This document shows, piece after piece, positions 54,369 to 64,000 of a stretch of DNA of 64,000 nucleotides. The notes below the pieces were generated by a model. The model saw nothing but the letters and a program-made list of their open reading frames with translations, did no database searches and had not been told where the DNA came from. The stretch covers positions 98,828,001 to 98,892,000 of the forward strand of contig NC_042997.1 of assembly GCF_006345805.1 (NCBI RefSeq), given 5' to 3'. Within the stretch, counting starts at the first letter, position 1; each line of letters starts with the position of its first letter. Both the position numbers and the translations under genes were made by a program. The stretch is from Octopus sinensis (Eukaryota).

Positions 54369-54599
54369 GGCGGCGAGCTGGCAGAAACGTTAGCATGCCG
54401 GGCGAAATGCGTAGCCGAATTTCGTCTGCCATTACGTCCTGAGTTCAAATTCCGCCGAGGTCGACTTTGCCTTTTATCCTTTTGGGGTCGATAAATTAAG
54501 TACCAGTTACGCACTGGGGTCGATATAATCGACTTAATCCGTTTGTCTGTCCTTGTTTGTCGTCTCTGTGTTTAGCCCCTTGTAGGCACTAAAGAAATA
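54369..54599 (+). mobile_element. Well-preserved SINE-C copy
   Basis: ggcggcgagctggcagaaacgttagc..gagttcaaattccgccgaggtcgactttgcc..aaagaaata. Confidence 0.85.
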
Positions 54600-55872
54600 T
54601 ATATATTAAAATCTATTATCTAAATAAGTCTAACATATTTTGATGCTGAAAGGTAAAGGTACTAATTTTAAAGAGAAATATATTCAGGCACAAACATCAC
54701 CGAAATCAATACACACTGTTCGAATCAACTCTCTCTATATGGTACGAAATATCTGTAACTATTAGATAATTCTGCATGTCACTTAATTTTGGCTTCAAAT
54801 TTTGGCACAAGGCCAGCAATTTCGGAGGCGTGAGTAAGCCGATTACATCAACCATAGTGTTCAACTCGTACTTCTTTTATCGACCCCGAAAGGATGAAAT
54901 AGTCTGCCAGGATATATTAAATAAAGTCAACATATTCTTGAGCAAAAGCCAATAGATTTGAGTCGGAATTGCGTGAATACGCTTTTTAAAGCTAATAGCT
55001 GTGTGGTGAAAAATATTGCATTGAAACCACATGGCTTCGGTTTCAATCCTGCTGCGTGACATCTTGAGCAACTATAACACGGCTCCGATTAATGACCAAT
55101 AATTTGGAAGACGAAAACTGTGCAAGCTAGTATTATACATACATATATGTCTGTGTGTCCGTGTTTGTGAGAGTGTGTGTGAGTGTGTATGTGTATGTGG
55201 TGTTGGCTTGTTTACGTCCCCGTAACTTAGAGGTTCGGCAAGAGGTAACGCTAGAATAAGTACTAGATTTAAATAACAAGATCTGGGGTGATTGCGATTT
55301 GTTCGACTATAAACTTCAATACCGTGCCCCTGCATGGCCGCAGTCCATACAAATAAATATAAGATAAGAAATAAAAGACACTAAAAACAACAAAAAAGAA
55401 ACATAAATTGATATCTTTATAGAATATCAGCCTTTAATGAATTCAAATTTTAGCCCAAGGCCAGTAACTTCAGGGGAGGGGTTAAGTCGATAACACCAAA
55501 CCTAGTGTTCAACTGGTGCTTATTTCATCAATTCCGAAAGGATGAACGGTAAAGTCGACCTCGGCGGAATTTAAACTCAGGACGTAAAGTCGGACGAAAT
55601 GCCGCTAAGCATTTTGCCTGGCGTGTTAGCGGTTCTGCCATCTCACCGCCTTGATCCATCTCATAGCCTTTAGCGTGTGTGAGTGTGTGCGTGAGAGGGT
55701 GCATTTATATAAACCCTTAATAAATGTGACTATCAACAGTCTTAAGATTCTGGAACTCGAAGAAGAGGCTTACACACGGATGCAATTCAATGGTTGTTTA
55801 TTTGGTTCTTATTTCGTGGGATTTGCCCCAAGCGACCATCTGTGTGTCAGCACATAGCTCGTTAGCTCTGTT

Positions 55873-56159
55873 TGTGAGAGGTACATTACCTCTGGAGATA
55901 ACAGATAAAGTTAGAGCGGGTTAAGAATCCGCCTTCAGCTGCTAGGTTGCAGTGTTGTTCAACGTGAACGCCAACGCAAGAGAAGAGATCGGGTTGCTCA
56001 ATACACCTCCTTAAATAGATGTTGCCCACGAGAACCTCGCTGTGGTCTCGCGCACGGCAAAAATGGTTGTAGGTGAGATCTCGCTCTTGTCTCGGACTTA
56101 GCAATGGCCACCGGCGAGATCTCGTACAAAATGGCGCTGGCTTCTTGTGTCACGCTACA
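55873..56159 (-). mobile_element. Candidate solo LTR (287 bp)
   Basis: GC-rich island; minus strand starts TGTAG and ends CTCACA; TATA-like tatttaa; flanks tgtt/agtt resemble a 4-bp TSD with one mismatch. Confidence 0.5.
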
Positions 56160-56362
56160 AGTTTTTAGTCGAAGAAATTGACCCCAGGGCTTATCATTTT
56201 AAACTTGGTACTTATTCTGTCGGTGTCTTTTGCCTAACCGATTGATTGCGGTTGTCAAGTGGTGGTGGGTGATAAGCACAGACCCAAAGACACGCACACA
56301 TAGACACACAAACACATAGACACACAAACACATAGACACACACTCACATACGCATGCGCACG

Positions 56363-56961
56363 CGTCTATGTGATACATAAAGTAGTTTAGATACATTTGG
56401 CGTCTTTTTTAAGCATGTGGTTTTACCTTGTACCTACTCTTATTATAATTTTATGATTATATTTATTAAAACATATATTTTGGTTTTACATGCTATCTAC
56501 TTCGATAAAATCCTATATAGATTTCATCCTAAATTTTAATTGATAAATATGAATTCACTTGAACCAAAATTTAATCACTGCTGAATCATTTTGGTTATTC
56601 ACACGTGCCTGAGATGAACGACCAAGATTTTTGACTTCTATATAAGCGTGAACATTTCTATATACACTGTAGATACGTTGTGTTCGTATTGTATGTATAA
56701 ATGTTTATAATTATGTACTTTCGGTTATGTCATACTGAGGATGGTAAAGTACATTACATAACTAAACCTGAAACTGATCGATACATGACTAAACTTTTTC
56801 AAATAATCCTTTTTTGTTAATTCCCTAGATTTCAGCGCATATCTATGTGGTAGATAAAGTAGTTTAGAGCCATTTGATGTCTTTTTTGTAGCATGTGGCA
56901 TTATCTTGTCACTGCCCTTATTATAATTTTATAATTATATTTATAAAATTATGTACTTTAT

Positions 56962-57017
<56 letters not shown>

Positions 57018-57068
57018 TGTCACTGCCCTTATTATAATTCTATAATTATATTTATAAAATTGTGTACC
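56363..57068 (+). mobile_element. Penelope-like terminal region with partial tandem repeats and a decayed hammerhead-like motif (56729-56789)
   Basis: Direct repeats at about 56363-56470, 56841-56957 and 57013-57068; gtcat a CTGAGGA..GAAAC tgatcgata c atgac. Confidence 0.5.
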
Positions 57069-57458
57069 TAACATATATATATATATGTCCGACAAGCTTC
57101 AGTCTCCGTCAGCCAAATCTACTCACAAGCGTTTGGTCAGTCCGTGGGTTTAGTAGAAGGTACTTGCCCAAGGTGCTATGTAGTGAGACTGAACCCGGAA
57201 CTATGTGGTTGAGATGCAAGCTTCTTACCACACAATCACGCCTAAAATGATTTATTCAATTTTAATTACTTTACATACGCTGTTTCGGATCGAATCCATT
57301 AGAAATAAGTAGAATTATAGCATAAGTAATTTTATTATAATGACGATTATGCGGCGATATACACAAAGATGCGATTGAAAATCTCTTCTATCATTTATCA
57401 GGCTCCGATTATAGATCAAACTATAGGGAATTCGATTAGTAATAATTTTAAGAACAAA

Positions 57459-57496
<38 letters not shown>

Positions 57497-57531
57497 TCAA
57501 AATAAAATAAAAACATGATGCGAAGGATTCA

Positions 57532-57609
57532 GCGGTACATATGTTTCGGGCCTTTATTAGACAGATTTATAACAATGCATAATGTATGTCTGTGGCCTTC
57601 TTCAGCCGC
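57532..57609 (-). ncRNA. Type I hammerhead ribozyme motif (mirror copy)
   Basis: Minus strand: gcgg CTGAAGA aggcc..ggccc GAAAC atat GTA ccgc. Confidence 0.7.
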
Positions 57610-57640
57610 GCACAACAGCTTCCACAGGAAGCTGTTGTGC

Positions 57641-57718
57641 GCGGCTGAAGAAGGCCACAGACATACATTATGCATTGTTATAAATCTGTCTAATAAAGGC
57701 CAGAAACATATGTACCGC
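57641..57718 (+). ncRNA. Type I hammerhead ribozyme motif, Penelope-type
   Basis: Stem I gcgg/ccgc, core CTGAAGA 57645-57651, stem II ggcc/ggcc extended by agaca/tgtct, GAAAC 57703-57707, palindromic stem III acatatgt, GUA triplet 57712-57714. Confidence 0.7.
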
Positions 57719-57825
57719 TGAATCCTTCGCATCATGTTTTTATTTTATTTTGATTAATTTACTCCACCACCTACACCACCAAACGGTATACACAGGTGCT
57801 TATAATTATCAAGTACTCACCCCGA

Positions 57826-57872
<47 letters not shown>

Positions 57873-57938
57873 TATATACATATATATATATACACACACG
57901 CATACATACACACACACACGCACACACACACGCACCAG

Positions 57939-58190
57939 TAAGCACATGAATGCAAAACTAGGTGGAAAAAATAGTACTCGAATACTGAAGGTAGAGTAAT
58001 ATGCTCTTTTATTAAAGCTGCAAGAACATCACAATATAACTATTACTCAGAGTTTCACGTTCCCGTTTGATATAAAATCATATATTACATGTACCATCAC
58101 ATTTTTATTCCAGTCTTGATCACAAATGCCCGACAAACGAGAACGTGAAACTCTGAGTAATAGTTATTTTGTGGTGTTTTTGCAGCTTAA
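57939..58190. mobile_element. Second copy of the foldback element at 5047-5261
   Basis: Same leader taagcacatgaatg; arms about 58014-58069 and 58134-58188. Confidence 0.65.
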
Positions 58191-58379
58191 CTTTAAAAAA
58201 AAAAGTGTGTGTGTGTACATATATAAATGTGTACACATACAAAAATACGCTTTGATGACATTGTCACCTATACATGCTCCAAACACGCTGCTACGAAATT
58301 CACAATCACGAACAGAAACAGGCTCCCTAGAGACAAAAGAAGCCCTCATCAGGAGCATAAAAAGACTTAATTAAAAATC

Positions 58380-60315
58380 AACCAATTAAAATACTGCCAC
58401 GAACAGCATCGACATTCAACAACAATGAAAAGGTTTGAGCTGCAAAGACATCATCTGCAGATCAGCATGAAAACCTGCATTGAAAATGAAAGAGCTGCAG
58501 AGGAACAGCGGATAATCAGAAAAATCAAACATTCACATGCCGATAAGTATAAGACCGCTCTCTCACCCGTTAGTCCACAAATTTATGATAACAGCATTCT
58601 CCAACATGATGCTAAAGAAATGGCAGAAATACAACAGAAACAATACTGTTCTGTCTTTAGTGACCCCACTACTGACGCAAGGGATGTGAACGGCGTCGAT
58701 CCTTAACATATAATCTCGAACATAACTTTTACTACTTCAGACATCATAGCAGCAATAAATGAGATCATGTACTATTCTTCTGTAGGCCCTGATAGATTCC
58801 CCGCTAGTGTCCCGAATGAATGTAGACACCGAACTTGCAGTCCCTGTAACCAACTTCTGGAGAAACTTCTTTGGCTCTGGTTATACACCTAAACAGCTCT
58901 TATCCCAATCTGTCATCCCGGTTTTCAAACAGGGAAACATATCCCACGCGGTCAACTATCGCCCAATCTCACTTTCAAATTGTTTCAAAGGGTGGTGAGG
59001 TCAAGGATAGACGGAATCCCGGACAGCCACAATCTTCTAAATTTCAACCAGCATGGCTTCCGCTACGACAGAGACTGTTTAACACAGCTCTTACATCACA
59101 TCGATGATGTCCTTAAACCCTTGGGATCAGGTTCGGACTCTGACGTCATATATCTTGAGTTCAGCAAATCGTTCGGTAGAGAAGACCACAATATCCTACT
59201 GTTAAAATTGTCAAATATCGGAATCCGCGGAAAACTATTACACCGGATTGAGTATTTCCTAGACAACAGAACACAATATGTGATCGGTGGAATCCTCACA
59301 AGTCCAGCAAACGTCACCATTGATGTCCATCAGGAGACTGTCTTGGGCCCGCGTCTGTTTATTGTCTATATAAACGACATTTCAAGCGTCATCAAACACA
59401 GCAAACTGAAAATATTCGCCGATGATTCCAAGGTCACGAAAATTATCAACGGAGAATATGGAACTGAACTCCAGTCTGATCAACATGCTGTAAGTCAATG
59501 TCCAGAACTGATGCATTTGGAAAAAAGGACTATGTTAAAACAACTGTATTCTCTTCCTTCGAGGAACAGCATCTAATAATAACAGCGACCCAAGAGTAAT
59601 TGTTGACATCAATCTCAGCTTCAGTTATCACATTAACAATAAAGTCGATATAGCTCGAGAGATGAGCTCCTGGATCCTAGGAACTTTCAAGTCCAGAGAA
59701 CAAGGTGTCAGCATTCCTCTTTTCTCCTTCCTTGTACGGCCACACCTAGAATACTGCTTCCCCTGTGGTCTCTCCATACAAAGCAAAATATTTCGAGAAT
59801 TGCATCACTCCAGAAGGCATTCACTAAAAGAATTAAGATCATGACAAATCTCGATTATTGGGATCGCCTTAAAGCATTGAAACTCTACTCTCTCCAATGC
59901 CGCCGTGGGCGATAGCTCATTTGCACAATGGGGAGCATATGCCACCAGTATTAACATTAGTCTCAGAATGTGCCATACACCCCAACATAATTCAGGATCA
60001 CAACACATAAATACACTGCAACACAATTTCTTTCCCTATTTAACTTTGTCCCAGGACAAATCTCTGCCCTATTTAACATTGTCTCAAAACAAATCAAAGA
60101 GGAAAAAGATCCTATCACCTTTAAGCGGAATCTGGACAAATTTCTTCAAAGGATACCAGAAAATCCAGCTATACCTAGATGCAAATCACTTAACGAAATG
60201 AATGGTCATGATACCACAAAACTTGACTTTAAAAGTATTTAGTAAATCCTATCAGGTGGTGCTATAAAGTTAGACATGGCCAGGGCCAATCTTTGGTCGA
60301 ACCATATCTAAGTTA
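58380..60315 (+). mobile_element. Degenerate CR1/L2-group LINE
   Basis: NYRPISL, NQHGFR, VLGPRLFIVYIND, IFADDSK, RPHLEYC with many frameshifts; 3' end shared with the element at 24944. Confidence 0.9.
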
Positions 60316-60333
60316 TATATAATATATTATATA

Positions 60334-60550
60334 CCAGGGGTTGCTGAAAAGTTCTTGGCTTTACAGCTATCGCGAAGGGCCAGGTCGGAGGCCCGACCTT
60401 CAGAGTTCTTTTACAGGGCGTAGAAAAACTGAAGGACCGCTGCTATAAGTGTGTGAATCTGTGAGGAGAATATGTTGAATAAAATCATAATTAAATAATC
60501 CTCCTGTATTTTCTTTTGCCCAAACATTTAACTTTTCAGCACTCCACGTG
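60334..60550 (+). mobile_element. mariner-derived MITE (about 215 bp)
   Basis: TIRs ..gctgaaaagtt / aacttttcagc with TA flanks; interior reads GVEKLKDRCYKCVNL*GEYVE*, the mariner transposase C-terminus. Confidence 0.8.
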
Positions 60551-60551
60551 T

Positions 60552-60826
60552 ATGTCCGATTCCCGACGGCGCTTTGAGTCCTTGAGAAAGACACTTCATT
60601 TTACATTGCTCCAGTCCACTCAGCTGACAAAAAAAAATAAGTAGTACCTTCATTTCAATGGGACAACCATGTCACATTCTCTGTCACACTGAATCTACCT
60701 GAAAAGTATGTGAAAGGATATGCGTGTCTGTGGAGTGTTCAGCCGCTTGCACGTTAATCTCCCGAGCAAGCTATTCCTTTGATCGGATCAACTGGAACCC
60801 TTGCCGTCGTAAACGACGGAGTTCCA
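60552..60826 (+). mobile_element. 5'-truncated SINE-B
   Basis: Aligns to 2590-2852. Confidence 0.8.
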
Positions 60827-60836
60827 GTATATATAT

Positions 60837-60945
<109 letters not shown>

Positions 60946-60985
60946 GCGATATATATGACCATGTGCGTATGTGTAGGTATATATA

Positions 60986-61218
60986 GGTGGCGAGCTGGCA
61001 GAAACATTAGCACACCGGGCGAAATGCGCACCCGTATTTCGTCTGTCGTTACGTTGTGAGTTCAAATTCGGCCGAGGTCGACTTTGCCTTTCATCCTTTC
61101 GGAGTCGATAAATTAAGTATCAGTTACGCACCGGGGTCGACGTAATCGACTTAATACCTATGTCTATCCTTGTTTGTCCCTTCTATGTTTAGCCCCTTGT
61201 GGATAATAAAGAAATAGG
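60986..61218 (+). mobile_element. SINE-C copy
   Basis: Aligns to 54369-54599. Confidence 0.85.
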
Positions 61219-61310
61219 TATATATAGGTGGCATCCGTCAGTCTCATATCCTATGGAGAGTACCTTTGGAGAAAGAGAACGGAGAACATGAAATTACTCT
61301 GAATTACAAT

Positions 61311-61365
<55 letters not shown>

Positions 61366-62580
61366 TCTCTGTATGTATGTGTGTGTGTTTATGTCTGTAC
61401 GTGAGCGTGCATACGTGTAGATCTCATAATATGTATACCGTGTGTCCTTATCATAATATATAGCACTCAAGAACTTGGAGAATGGTGTTTGCACTGGTTT
61501 ATTTAATAAAACATATTTACACCGAGCATTTACATTTAAGATTAACTGAAGAAAGTGAAAATTAAGCAACCTTTTCAGTTGATCGGAACCAAGATACGAT
61601 CTTATGATTTTTTTCAGACAGTAGGTAGTCTTGTCAGGAAATTGAGTTGGCTAATAGCTGCCCTAATCAAATTTATTACTGTTAACCTGATCTAATGTAA
61701 TTTACTGGTACTAAAACTTATTTTAGGAGGTAACAACGAATACTTGTATTGAAAACTTTCTACATCTTATATTATGCATTTTAAGAACATTTATACGTGT
61801 TTCCAACTAAATTAGCAAATATTTTACATAAGCTATTATACTTTATATCCTTTATATATGATACCATATGTCCTTTATAGTTTGGAGAATATATGTAGAT
61901 GTGAATGTAAGTTTGGATATAATCTTCTATTGCAAGGACTTTAAAACACTAAATCCTGGTCTTTATTTATTGTAACATGAAAGCTTTTTGGATATGCATG
62001 AATTCCGAAATCTCCTACTCTATGATTTTAAAACTCTCTATGCCAATTGCTCTCTAAAGAAAGCAATATTTGATATATGTGTTAGGTGCTACACTCCAAG
62101 CAATAGCCTCACAACGTGCCGAAAATGCAACATCTCAATTCTATTGATACGTTAAGTGGCCTTTCTGAAAAACACCAATAAAAACAAGTCATTCAAGAAC
62201 TAATATCCGATTCGAATAAATTCAAGTGATTAATCAATTATAACTAATTTCTGTTTCTAGATGTTTCACATTATAACTTGTTATATCTAACATTGCAATT
62301 TTTAATGTTTCACATACCGCACTGTTTAATTGATTCTAAATTTTTAAGTGATCCACATACCACACAGTCTTATATTTTGTTATGTGTGCCCCTCAAATGG
62401 CTTCATTATATTTCAATTCATTTTGTGCAAAATCCCAGTTATGGGATTTAGCAGTTTCTCAAATAATTGGAATGTAATGTTTGACATCCTAAAGAAGGTG
62501 AATGAAAATGTCTTGTAAAATTTGAGTGTTTAATTGCTGGATTGAAGAGTTTCTATTTTTGAATGTAAATGATGACTTCT

Positions 62581-62783
62581 AGAAAGGTATATGAAAAGTT
62601 CCTGGTTTTGAGTAAAAGAAAATACAGGAGGACCAGTTAATTATGATATTATTCAACATATTGCTCTTGTCAGATTCACACACTTATGACAGCGTTCCTT
62701 CAGTTTTATTAAGCCATGGAAAAGAACACCAACAAGGCCTTTCGCTCCACCTTTAAAGCTAGGAACGTTTCAGCAGCCCTTTG
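62581..62783 (-). mobile_element. mariner-derived MITE, reverse copy
   Basis: Reverse complement similar to 60334-60550. Confidence 0.7.
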
Positions 62784-63072
62784 TAAACGCCCCACTTTCC
62801 AGCTAAAGTAAAAGAACTCATTACACAACAAAAAACATTTTGTATTGTCAAGCATAAAATATACGTAGGCATACATCAGCTACAAAAGTTTATTTTTAAT
62901 GGAAGCTGAACTGGTTTCATACATTTATTGCAACGCAATGATTTTGTTAACTCGATTTATGAGACATTAGATCAGAAGACAGTTAAAGCGTGACAATCGT
63001 AGATGGTTTACCGTCGTTCCTCGACGAGGATTGAGCTGTTCGTCAATTGAATAATTTACTCCTGAGTTAGTA

Positions 63073-63291
63073 TCCAAAAGGTTGATGAAAAGTTCCTGGC
63101 TTTAAGGGTATCGCGAAAAGCCTGGCTGTAGGTCCAAACTTCCGAGTTTTCTTACAGAGCTTAGAAAAACTAAAAGACCGCTGCCAAAAGTGTGTGTATC
63201 TGAGAGGGGAATACGTTGAATAAAACCATAATTAACTGATACTCCTGTATTTTCTTTTACCCAAACCGAGGAACTTTTCAGCACTCCCATG
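63073..63291 (+). mobile_element. mariner-derived MITE
   Basis: Aligns to 60334-60550. Confidence 0.8.
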
Positions 63292-63666
63292 TATAAGTGG
63301 CTAAGCATTCCACAGACATAAGCGCTCATAACCTAATTATCAGTCAGGATGAGTGTGATACAGTGTATGTGACAAGGCCATACTATTTTAACTACATGTA
63401 CAAAGCCAGCCAATAGGTTCTATATAGTTTCTATCAACATAATTCCACACACGAGGTAATTCCACACAAGATCGACTTGACGCTATAAAAATTGACATTT
63501 GCCCAAGATGTCAAATTGTAGAATCGAGGCCGAGCTCTCATGCTTGCGAAATGAACTTCTTAACAATTCAGCCATACTGCCTAAAATAACAGGAAATAAA
63601 TATCTATAAACAGTAGTAACGAAAGAGAAAGTGGAATGATGGGATAAATAAATGCTCGTTACTTAC

Positions 63667-63872
63667 TTTTTGAGGTAGTCGAACTGCGGTTTGTACGTGT
63701 CGTATAGATCTACATCATACATCTCTACTTCATGAGTAAGATCAAGCGGACTAGTCAACTGCCATTGCCAAGTCATTCCCGGTTCAAATTGCCACCAACA
63801 TCCAAGAACTGATGCAATCTGCTGCAAGATGACCAGGTGCAGTACAGTCCATATCCATCCTGCATATACCAT
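63667..63872 (-). CDS. GH114 gene, coding exon 1 (signal peptide plus N-terminus)
   Basis: ATG at 63872 just inside acceptor ttgtttcttcagcag; MVYAGWIWTVLHLVILQQIASVLG then WWQFEPGMTWQWQL..MYDVDLYD; donor gtaagt after AAA AA, completed to AAG by exon 2. Confidence 0.95.
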
Positions 63873-63902
63873 TTTAAATCTGCTGAAGAAACAAAAGTGA
63901 AC

Positions 63903-63963
<61 letters not shown>

Positions 63964-64000
63964 TATATAATATATATATATATATATGTATGTATGTATG

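Larger units (their letters stand above)
57492..57758. repeat. 267-bp near-perfect palindrome (132-bp arms, 3-nt loop, one mismatch)
   Basis: Centre cagcttcc aca ggaagctg at 57625; the only mismatch seen is tttcgggcc versus ggccagaaa. Confidence 0.97.

Overview
Eukaryotic, AT-rich animal DNA saturated with microsatellites. The SINE, LINE and Penelope repertoire looks like an octopod cephalopod, which is an inference from recognising the repeats. One real protein-coding gene spans almost the whole window on the minus strand. Its four GT-AG exons (63872-63667, 54064-53769, 48465-48317, 13023-12880) have matching phases 2/1/0 and splice into a 264-aa secreted glycoside hydrolase family 114 (endo-alpha-1,4-polygalactosaminidase, Ega3-like) protein with both catalytic acids in place. 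This family is characterised from bacteria and fungi, so the gene is a candidate domesticated horizontal transfer. Its introns (9.6, 5.3 and 35.3 kb) hold tRNA-derived SINEs, truncated LINEs (R4/Dong-like, RTE, CR1-like), dead hAT, pogo and mariner elements and a 2.46-kb tandem duplication. They also hold an 18S rRNA/SINE retro-chimera with target-site duplication and several long palindromes. Some palindromes carry Penelope-type hammerhead ribozyme motifs, and one family occurs as flip/flop spacer isomers. Almost all ORFs in the supplied track are microsatellite artefacts or TE fragments. No databases were searched, so family assignments come from recognised motifs. SINE-A/B/C/D and elements X/Y/Z/D are my own working labels.
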